Shown here piece after piece: positions 15,351 through 22,459 of a DNA stretch of 22,459 nucleotides (positions are counted from its first letter, which is position 1; each line of letters begins with the position of its first letter). The position numbers were made by a program, and so were the translations under genes. The stretch is from Candidatus Izemoplasmatales bacterium (GTDB taxonomy: Bacteria; Bacillota_I; Bacilli_A; Izemoplasmatales; Hujiaoplasmataceae), in NCBI GenBank assembly GCA_050177605.1, contig JBFXGX010000028.1:1-22459 (forward strand). Direction: 5' to 3'. The notes under the pieces are model-generated. The model worked only from the letters and a program-made list of their open reading frames with translations, was not told where the DNA came from and did no database searches.

Positions 15351-16617
15351 GATGATAATGATCTTTAAGTTTCATTTTTAGGTCGACAGAAGGATGATTT
15401 TCATACCTAATCACTTCATTTTCCCAGGTCCGTAATGTAAAGTAGTCTTTCCCTCTGGACAGAATATAGTTTGGAAGGATTGGTGTTTTTCCTTTTCCTT
15501 TTGGTGCATTCACAATGTAATAAGGAATCGCAAGACCTGAGGTGTATCCTCTTAAATATTCCATAATTTCAATACCATCGTCGATGGATGTATTAAAATG
15601 AGTCGTTCCTCTCACCGTTTTTGCATGGAAGATATAATAGGGACGAACCCGTATTTTTAGAAGTTCTTGATTAAGACAACGCATAATATATTTATCGTTA
15701 TTTATCCCATTGAGCAAGACCGCTTGATTCCCTAACACAATTCCCGCGTTTGCAAGTTTTTCACATGCAAGTCTACTTTCATCAGTGACTTCCATTGGAT
15801 GATTAAAATGCGTGTTAAGGTAGACTGGGTGATATTTCTTGAGCATTGACACCAACTTATCTGTAATTCTCATCGGCATCGTAACTGGCGTTCTTGAGCC
15901 AATACGGATAATCTCAACATGAGGAATGCTTCTTAGTTCTTTTAATATCCACTCAAGATAAGCGTTTGCCATCGTTAATGGATCACCGCCAGTAATTAAA
16001 ACGTCCCTAATTTCGTTGTTTTCCCTTATGTAATCAATTGATTCCATGATTTTCGCTTTCGGACTAACTTTATCAACGTCGCCTATATTTCTTCTTCTTT
16101 GACAGTGCCTACAATACATTGCGCATTCATTTGTGACATTAATTATTAACCGATCAGGGTATCTTCTCGTGATAAATCCTGCGGGGTTGGTATATTCCTC
16201 TGCCATAGGATCTAATTCATGCATGAAATCATCAAGTTCCAAAAAGGAAGGAACAGATAGTAATTTAATTGGGTCCATCTGGTCATTTGGATGAATTAGG
16301 CTTAGATAATACGGTGATATAGCCCAGCGATACACTTTCGATACTTGTTTGATATCTTTCATTTCTTCTTCAGACAACGGTATAAATTTGGATAAAGTAT
16401 CTGCGTCTTTAATGCGGTTTCTTAATTGCCAGTGCCAATCGTTGAATTCTTCGTCACCAACGCCAAATGATTTCTTAATCTCATTTTGTCTTTGTTTAAT
16501 AAACGTTTGTTCTTCTCTTCCCTTCAAAATTGTAGGGCGGACGGTTAAATAGTCTTCTATTCTCCCTTTAAGTTCAAGAGCCCTTTCGATTGATATTTGT
16601 CTCTTGGATTTTTTCAT
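15346..16617 (-). CDS. eam: Glutamate 2,3-aminomutase (radical SAM/PLP, KamA family)
   Basis: CAMYCRHC radical-SAM motif; DPMAEEYTNPAGFITRRYPDRLIINVTNE; N-terminal ISIERALELK extension; YYIFHAK and YIVNAPKGKGK carry Lys/Asn where lysine 2,3-aminomutase has its two substrate-binding Asp. ATG at 16617 has RBS aaggagg. Confidence 0.88.
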   Translation of the reverse strand: MKKSKRQISIERALELKGRIEDYLTVRPTILKGREEQTFIKQRQNEIKKSFGVGDEEFNDWHWQLRNRIKDADTLSKFIPLSEEEMKDIKQVSKVYRWAISPYYLSLIHPNDQMDPIKLLSVPSFLELDDFMHELDPMAEEYTNPAGFITRRYPDRLIINVTNECAMYCRHCQRRRNIGDVDKVSPKAKIMESIDYIRENNEIRDVLITGGDPLTMANAYLEWILKELRSIPHVEIIRIGSRTPVTMPMRITDKLVSMLKKYHPVYLNTHFNHPMEVTDESRLACEKLANAGIVLGNQAVLLNGINNDKYIMRCLNQELLKIRVRPYYIFHAKTVRGTTHFNTSIDDGIEIMEYLRGYTSGLAIPYYIVNAPKGKGKTPILPNYILSRGKDYFTLRTWENEVIRYENHPSVDLKMKLKDHYHQ

Positions 16618-16653
16618 AACAACCTCCTTTATGATAATAATTTGATTAATTTT

Positions 16654-16681
16654 ATTATAGCACATCAGCAAGTTTGTTCAA
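16654..16681 (-). promoter_or_regulatory. Sigma-A promoter of eam (extended -10)
   Basis: TTGAAC-16 bp-TATAAT with TGn extension. Confidence 0.7.
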
Positions 16682-16688
16682 AATCACG

Positions 16689-16716
16689 AAAAAAGGACTA
16701 TAGTTTATAGTCCTTT
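16689..16716 (-). terminator. Intrinsic terminator after nucleotidyltransferase-like gene
   Basis: aaaggactata-gtt-tatagtccttt hairpin overlapping the stop, with a T tail on the minus strand. Confidence 0.8.
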
Positions 16717-17264
16717 AAGTAATCCTGCATATGTATTTTGATGTTTATTGGAAGATTCCGAAGTGACATGATTTGTTTTAGATAATCCAATGATTCTTTC
16801 ATGTTTTTCTTGAAATGTCGTTCCAATAATTTAACCTTTTCATCGCGTTCAATCAATTGATATACTAGATACCATTCTTCAAGCAAAGCAACATTGAAAT
16901 CAAATCCATGATAAGTAATCAATTGTAATCCACTCGCTTGAAGCATTGGATAGTGATAATCAAACTGCTCTTTATTGATTTTAAAATCAAATACGAGATC
17001 AAATTGAACATGATGATAATCCACTTTTACAAGCGTATGTGTTTGATAGAGCGGATTGGTTTTGGGAATAATTCTGTTAGGGCATTTTCGAAAGATTGAA
17101 AATGCTTTATGGTAATCTCTAATATCGAGTAAAATATCGACATCATAAAAATCTTCGGTGATGTCGTGGAGCATAAGCAAGAAACTACCGCCAACAGCGT
17201 AATTTATTTGTTGCTCATCCAGTAACTTAAGGAAGTCAATTATCTTTGGAATTCTTTCATCCAT
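16698..17264 (-). CDS. Hypothetical protein, nucleotidyltransferase (Pol-beta superfamily)-like
   Basis: YAVGGS...YDVDILL (hG[GS]-x-DxD motif) and a later FDL acidic residue. RBS agaggtg. Confidence 0.6.
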   Translation of the reverse strand: MDERIPKIIDFLKLLDEQQINYAVGGSFLLMLHDITEDFYDVDILLDIRDYHKAFSIFRKCPNRIIPKTNPLYQTHTLVKVDYHHVQFDLVFDFKINKEQFDYHYPMLQASGLQLITYHGFDFNVALLEEWYLVYQLIERDEKVKLLERHFKKNMKESLDYLKQIMSLRNLPINIKIHMQDYLKDYKL

Positions 17265-17282
17265 AAAATAACACCTCTTTAT

Positions 17283-17310
17283 TTGTATTATACCAAATAT
17301 CTAGTATAAT
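17283..17310. promoter_or_regulatory. Overlapping divergent promoters (ispG and nucleotidyltransferase-like gene)
   Basis: Plus: TTGTAT (17283-17288)-16 bp-TATAAT (17305-17310). Minus: TGgTATAAT with -10 at 17292-17287. Confidence 0.6.
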
Positions 17311-17327
17311 AGGAAGTGGTGATGCTT

Positions 17328-18383
17328 ATGAATCGTACATTTACGAAAAAGGTCATGATCGGTGATGTCCAAATTGGTGGGAATAATCAGATCGTTTTAC
17401 AGTCAATGACCACGACAAAAACAAAAGATAAAGATGCAACAATCAAACAAATTCATCGATTAGAAGACGCTGGATGCGAGATTGTACGACTAGCAGTTCT
17501 CGATATGGAAGACGCGAAATCGATCGGATATATCAAAAGATTTACAAAAATTCCTTTAGTCGCGGATATCCATTTTGATCATCGTTTAGCGATTGAATGT
17601 ATCCACCAAGGGATTGATAAAATCAGAATTAATCCCGGTAATATTGGGTCCGTTGATAAAATTAAAGAAGTTGTTTCTTTATGTAAAGAAAAGAAAATTC
17701 CAATTCGAATTGGTGTGAACTCTGGATCTCTAGAAAAACACATTCTTGAAAAATATGGACATCCAACCGCTGATGCTATGGTTGAATCTGCTAAATATCA
17801 TGTAGATATTTTAGAACAACTCGGTTTCGAAGATATTATCATCTCTTTAAAATCGACTGATATGCTTCAAACAATTGAAGCATACAGGAAAGCATCAACC
17901 GTTTTCCCTTATCCACTTCATCTGGGAATCACAGAAGCAGGAACACTGTTTAGCGGAACGATTAGAAGTTCAATCGGACTGGGTGTTTTGATTTCTGAGG
18001 GCATTGGTTCAACAATGCGTGTCAGTTTGACCGCTGAACCTGAAGAAGAGATTAAGGTCGCAAAAGAGATTCTTCAGAATTTTGGTCTATACCATAAACC
18101 AAAACTAATTAGTTGCCCTACCTGCGGTCGTATTGAATATGATATGATCCCGATTGCGAAAGAAATTGAAGAATTTCTTTTCACTGTAAACAAGAACATT
18201 AAAGTTGCGATTATGGGCTGTGCAGTGAATGGCCCTGGCGAAGCGAAGGATGCCAATATCGCCATAGCCGGAGGTTCTAAAGAAGCTTTACTCTATATTG
18301 ATGGTGTCAAAGTAAAAAAAGTACCTCAAGAGCAACTTGTTGAAACGTTAAAAGATGCGATTATAAATTACAAAGAGCGCTAA
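17328..18383 (+). CDS. ispG: 4-hydroxy-3-methylbut-2-en-1-yl diphosphate synthase (MEP pathway)
   Basis: [60 protein letters not shown]. Start placed at ATG 17328 behind ggtga. Confidence 0.97.
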   Translation: MNRTFTKKVMIGDVQIGGNNQIVLQSMTTTKTKDKDATIKQIHRLEDAGCEIVRLAVLDMEDAKSIGYIKRFTKIPLVADIHFDHRLAIECIHQGIDKIRINPGNIGSVDKIKEVVSLCKEKKIPIRIGVNSGSLEKHILEKYGHPTADAMVESAKYHVDILEQLGFEDIIISLKSTDMLQTIEAYRKASTVFPYPLHLGITEAGTLFSGTIRSSIGLGVLISEGIGSTMRVSLTAEPEEEIKVAKEILQNFGLYHKPKLISCPTCGRIEYDMIPIAKEIEEFLFTVNKNIKVAIMGCAVNGPGEAKDANIAIAGGSKEALLYIDGVKVKKVPQEQLVETLKDAIINYKER

Positions 18384-18402
18384 TTTGAGCGCTCTTTTTT
18401 TT
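18372..18402. terminator. Terminator between convergent ispG and nitroreductase
   Basis: aaagagcgct-aatttg-agcgctcttt followed by a T run. Confidence 0.85.
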
Positions 18403-18403
18403 A

Positions 18404-18991
18404 TTAGACTCTTACTAAAATACGGCTTTTTACTGGAACTTCATGTTTTTTATCAGGAACTGATAATATACTACCAAATGGCATTTGACCAATAAGGCGC
18501 CAATCAGGACTGACGTCAAATAAGTCTCTTACAAGTGTATCAATAACTTCATTGTAATGTTGAAGCGATGCACCAAGTCCTAGACTTGTCAATACGTTCC
18601 ACACATTCATTTGAAGCATACCACTTTGTTCTAAAGCCCACACATTTACATTTTTAGAGTAAAGGGGAAATTTCTCTTCTAATGCTTTTGTAACCGAAGA
18701 GTCGTCATAAAACAAGATTGTACCTTTTGCTTTAATAAAAGAATTGATTTTATTGGTTGTTTTTTCTTTGTTTTCAGATAAAGGTAATAATAACTTCAGT
18801 GTTTCATTCCAAAAGAGTTCATGTTCCTTATCAAGTAACAATAAAACTCTTTGGGTTTGTGCATTGAATGCACTTGGTGTTCTAGCTAGTGTATGTTCAA
18901 TACGCTCGATAATCTCTTGGTTTGACAGTGAAACTTCGTTACCGAGTGAATAGATACTACGACGTTGTTCTAATATATCATTCATATTCAT
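18404..18991 (-). CDS. Nitroreductase family protein (Frm2-like subgroup)
   Basis: RRSIYSL, TPSAFNAQ, GTILFY, GLGASLQHYN, WRLIGQMPFG. RBS aaggag. Confidence 0.9.
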   Translation of the reverse strand: MNMNDILEQRRSIYSLGNEVSLSNQEIIERIEHTLARTPSAFNAQTQRVLLLLDKEHELFWNETLKLLLPLSENKEKTTNKINSFIKAKGTILFYDDSSVTKALEEKFPLYSKNVNVWALEQSGMLQMNVWNVLTSLGLGASLQHYNEVIDTLVRDLFDVSPDWRLIGQMPFGSILSVPDKKHEVPVKSRILVRV

Positions 18992-19021
18992 CAGGATTCT
19001 CCTTTATAACTTATCATATCT

Positions 19022-19050
19022 ATTATATATAATAGCTTATTTTTATACAA
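19022..19050 (-). promoter_or_regulatory. Sigma-A promoter of nitroreductase
   Basis: TTGTAT-17 bp-TATAAT on the minus strand. Confidence 0.65.
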
Positions 19051-19095
19051 AGAGTATGCATTTTTGAATAGAATGAAAATGTTACCACTTAAGAA

Positions 19096-22000
19096 TTAAG
19101 AATTCATTAATCTTTCTCTCAAAAAATAGACAAAATGGTCAGATTCCATTTCAAGAAGTTGATAGTAATCTTCAAGTTGATCAAATTTCTTCTTTCGAAT
19201 ATCTTTTAACATATCTTCCGTTAGTACTTTTAGCCTTTTTGCGGCTAAGTACGAAACACTTCCTTTGTAGTAGTGAACTGCTTCTTCAATCTTTTGAAGA
19301 TTGTTTGTGTTAAGTGCAATTCTAATCTTTAGCAAATCAGCTTCATAGTCCTCAATGAATGTATGAATTATTTCATGTTCAATCTCTTTGCTATTTTGAA
19401 ATGTTTCCTGGAATAAATCTTCGTCAAACATATCGATTTGACCTTGAATAAGACTCTCTCTTTTGTTGTTTTCTAGTTCCACAATAATATATTTCTTAAT
19501 TGTTTCTGATAAAGTTGAAACGACGAATGGTTTTGTAATCACATCATTCATTCCTGCATTCATTGCATCCTCTTTTGCTTCATGAAGTGCATTCGCTGTA
19601 AGTGCAATAATCGGAATGTTTCTAAATGATTCCTCCATATTCCTGATAACTTTCGTGGCTTCATAACCATTCATTTCAGGCATTTGGATATCCATCAAAA
19701 CAACATCAAACTCATTTTCCTTCAATAAATCAATTGCGTTCAACCCATTATCCGCAGTAAGAACATGGTACCCAAGTTTTTCAAGCAAAATCGTGAGCAC
19801 ACTTCGATTCATACGATTGTCATCAACGACAAGCAATTTACCTGTTTGAGAAGGGTTAGACATTTTTTCGAGACTAATCGAATCGGTCTTTGGATCTTGG
19901 AACTGAGCCATAATTGTGTCGCACACTTTTTTTCTCGTTGTCGGAATATTGAAGATATAATCAAAACCAAGATCTTCAAATTTAAGTAAAGCGATTGATT
20001 GTTCAAGATTAAAGGTAAATACTTTAGAACCATCCTTGCCAAGTAATTTCCTCCAAGTAAACACTAAATCCTTGTTAATCTGAGTGAAGTCATCTAATAG
20101 GGCAATAAAATCAAATTGATTTTTGTGTGGACACTTCTGATAGTCTTTTTGAGAATTGATAAGATAAGTTTCAATCCCAATTTGATGAAAGAATTGAATC
20201 GAGATTTGTTGTAAAACATCTCTACCGCCAACGATGGCTACTTTTTTTCCTCGAAGCGGTTTATAGATATCTTTCACTTCTTTCGCGATTTTCAAATCAA
20301 GAATGAAATTAAAATCACTGCCCCTACCAACTTCAGAGGTTATCTCTAGTTTGGATCCTAATAAAGTAACTAGATTTGAAGCAATTGGTAATCCAAGTCC
20401 AGTACCTGAATATTTCTTATTGAGTGAAGAATCAATTTGATAAAACTTATCAAATAGTTTCTTAATATTGGCTTCAGATATTCCGATGCCAGTATCTTTT
20501 ACAGTAAACTTGATTTGTGCGGACTCTTTGTTTTTTGAGATTAAGTCAAGCCTTAAAGTGACTCTTCCTTTTTCAGTATATTTGATTGCATTATTTACTA
20601 AATTTAAAATCACTTGTCTTATTCTAACTTTATCAATGTAAACTTCCCATGGAATATTATAATCAAACTCGAAACGTAATGTGATTCCTTTTTCTTTCGC
20701 AATCGTTTCTTGCATTAGATAAAGTTGATACATTGTTTCTTCAAGATCATTCTTTTCGTAATACAAATCGATTTTTCCGGCCTCAATTTTACTAAGATCA
20801 AGAACATTATCAACGATTCCCGATAAACTTTCTAAAGATGCATTTAAGATTTCCAAATAGTTTTGTTGTTCATCAGTTAACTTGGTATTGTTAAGAAGAT
20901 AAATTGCGTTATACATTCCCGATAAAGGTGTTCTTATTTCATGGGACATATTCGCCAAAAACTCCGTTTTTGCAAGAGATGCTCCTTCTGCTTGTTTTAT
21001 TGCCTCGGCTAGAGCGTTTTGATTATCTTGTTTGATAAATAAATTAGTAAAGAGTTCGGCTAATACTCTAAGCATTGCTTGATCCTTTTCAGACCAAACT
21101 CTTTTTTCTTTTACACTATCAAAACCAACAAAGCCAATACACTCAGATTGATTCATCAAAGGAATCGTAATAAGAGATTGAATCTTTTGTTGTGATAAAA
21201 GTTGATAGAGTTGTGACTCATGATTTATTTCGTTAATATCATTATAAAAGACTTCTTTTCCCTGAAGATGATTTGAAACCCAACTAGCTTCAATATCTTG
21301 AATCAAGAGGTTCTGTAGATGTTCGATTTCGGGCGTTACACCGAGACTTACCCATTCATGCGTATTTGAAGTGATGCCTTTTTTAAAGTCATAACTAAAA
21401 ACATAGGCTCTATCTGCATTTAAATACTCACCTGTTAATTTTAAAGCTTTATGTATTGCGTTATCCGTTTCACTTGGAATCTGATTAATGAATTCAGTCG
21501 CGATGTTCATTAACACAGCTTGAAACTGTGCATTTTTTTCGATACTTTCCTGAGCCTTTTTTATATTGGTAATATCATGTCCAAAACTGAGTACACCGAT
21601 GATGTGCCCTTCTTCATCTCGAATCGGCGTTCTTACAGATTCAACATTTTTAATGCCCGCATCACCAATCATTTCGATTTCTTTCCTTACGGAGTGTCCA
21701 AGGTCAATGACTTCTTGATCGAGGGCTAAAACATTTCTAGCTTCTTCCTCATCATAAATTTCCTCAATCGTTTTTCCAATTATCGTTTCAAAATCATTTA
21801 AATATAAATCATCTGCTTTTTGCGAAGTAAATTGATATCGATGATTCAAATCCTTATATGCAACGATGTCTGGTAAATTTTTGATGATATTCTTAAGTAA
21901 AAATAGTTTTTTATTTGATTCTATAACGCGAATAAAATGAACAAATAGAGTATTGATATTATTGATTGCTATCGGGCCAAAAAAGAAAGGGTCATCTTCG

Positions 22001-22305
22001 TCTTTTGACTCTAAAACGACAAAATAATCGTCGTGAATACGATAAAAATAACGAGTATACTCTAAATATTTTTTCTTGACAACTGCATCTTGAACTGAAC
22101 CATGTATGGAATCCATAAAGTCAGTAACAAATTCAAGACCTTGTTCAGAAATAATCTTCTTATCAGTAATAAACCAAGCTCTTTCAAGCCCTAATTCTTC
22201 AACAATTATAACAAGATATTTTTGGATGGCGATGTCCATCTTGTCTGTTTCTAACATCACCATAAAACATCTTTGCATCAAACTACTAAATATCCTATTA
22301 CGCAT
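19096..22305 (-). CDS. Soluble hybrid sensor histidine kinase (PAS-GAF-HisKA-HATPase-degenerate REC-REC-HPt)
   Basis: PAS (LPDIVAYKD...TPIRDEEGHIIGV), GAF (NADRAYVF...GFVGFD), H-box FLANMSHEIRTPL, N-box NLVNNAIKYT, G-boxes DTGIGI/GTGLGL, REC (VVDDN...MDIQMPEMNG...KPF), HPt HYYKGS. RBS ggggagg. Confidence 0.93.
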   Translation of the reverse strand: MRNRIFSSLMQRCFMVMLETDKMDIAIQKYLVIIVEELGLERAWFITDKKIISEQGLEFVTDFMDSIHGSVQDAVVKKKYLEYTRYFYRIHDDYFVVLESKDEDDPFFFGPIAINNINTLFVHFIRVIESNKKLFLLKNIIKNLPDIVAYKDLNHRYQFTSQKADDLYLNDFETIIGKTIEEIYDEEEARNVLALDQEVIDLGHSVRKEIEMIGDAGIKNVESVRTPIRDEEGHIIGVLSFGHDITNIKKAQESIEKNAQFQAVLMNIATEFINQIPSETDNAIHKALKLTGEYLNADRAYVFSYDFKKGITSNTHEWVSLGVTPEIEHLQNLLIQDIEASWVSNHLQGKEVFYNDINEINHESQLYQLLSQQKIQSLITIPLMNQSECIGFVGFDSVKEKRVWSEKDQAMLRVLAELFTNLFIKQDNQNALAEAIKQAEGASLAKTEFLANMSHEIRTPLSGMYNAIYLLNNTKLTDEQQNYLEILNASLESLSGIVDNVLDLSKIEAGKIDLYYEKNDLEETMYQLYLMQETIAKEKGITLRFEFDYNIPWEVYIDKVRIRQVILNLVNNAIKYTEKGRVTLRLDLISKNKESAQIKFTVKDTGIGISEANIKKLFDKFYQIDSSLNKKYSGTGLGLPIASNLVTLLGSKLEITSEVGRGSDFNFILDLKIAKEVKDIYKPLRGKKVAIVGGRDVLQQISIQFFHQIGIETYLINSQKDYQKCPHKNQFDFIALLDDFTQINKDLVFTWRKLLGKDGSKVFTFNLEQSIALLKFEDLGFDYIFNIPTTRKKVCDTIMAQFQDPKTDSISLEKMSNPSQTGKLLVVDDNRMNRSVLTILLEKLGYHVLTADNGLNAIDLLKENEFDVVLMDIQMPEMNGYEATKVIRNMEESFRNIPIIALTANALHEAKEDAMNAGMNDVITKPFVVSTLSETIKKYIIVELENNKRESLIQGQIDMFDEDLFQETFQNSKEIEHEIIHTFIEDYEADLLKIRIALNTNNLQKIEEAVHYYKGSVSYLAAKRLKVLTEDMLKDIRKKKFDQLEDYYQLLEMESDHFVYFLRERLMNS

Positions 22306-22439
22306 ATAGAGTCCTCCCCAGTTTTTTGGCTTAAAAAAACTGACGTTTGGTGAAGAGTGTTGTTGGATAATTCATCAGGCCGAGAAATATAGGTAAAATA
22401 ACAAATTTTATAATTTAAAAAAATATAAATAGTGAATCA

Positions 22440-22448
22440 TGGTATAAT
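22440..22448 (+). promoter_or_regulatory. Extended -10 element for a gene beyond the window
   Basis: TGGTATAAT at the end of an AT-rich intergenic region. Confidence 0.4.
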
Positions 22449-22459
22449 AAAGGTGCCAA

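Noticed and set aside
15346..16617. Lysine 2,3-aminomutase (kamA/ablA/epmB) call
   Set aside because: Substrate-binding Asp positions are Lys/Asn, and no partner genes are present.
16618..16671. Longer 441-aa start for the aminomutase
   Set aside because: The extension overlaps the promoter and RBS; ATG 16617 has a perfect aaggagg.
1365..22309. Short alternative ORFs in the track (e.g. 1365-1607, 4586-4795, 8337-8543, 12527-12808, 14065-14334, 14703-14930, 18074-18265, 19765-20042, 21520-21729, 22106-22309)
   Set aside because: They lie antisense or out of frame over well-supported genes or the T-box, with no recognisable motifs.

Overview
AT-rich core-metabolism region of a low-GC Bacillota/Mollicutes-like bacterium using genetic code 11 (TGA is a stop). 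Acholeplasmatales/Izemoplasmatales-like origin is an inference only. Left to right: the 3' part of an MMPL/RND transporter; a divergent, ACT-less prephenate-dehydratase-fold gene; a minus-strand operon of an atypical PEP carboxykinase followed by thrC-thrB-hom-asd-aspartate kinase-alkA; an orphan lipoprotein; ilvE; a polar amino-acid ABC transporter behind a T-box leader with an Arg (CGU) specifier; glutamate 2,3-aminomutase (eam); a nucleotidyltransferase-like gene; ispG; a nitroreductase; and a soluble PAS-GAF-HisKA-HATPase-REC-REC-HPt hybrid kinase. The most striking element is the T-box leader. It has one Stem I but two complete antiterminator/terminator modules, and the linker between them is complementary to the first unit. 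That pairing could fold the first module away and rebuild Stem II with the second copy, so one tRNA sensor would serve two terminators in series. No mobile elements, CRISPR arrays, rRNA or tRNA genes were seen.
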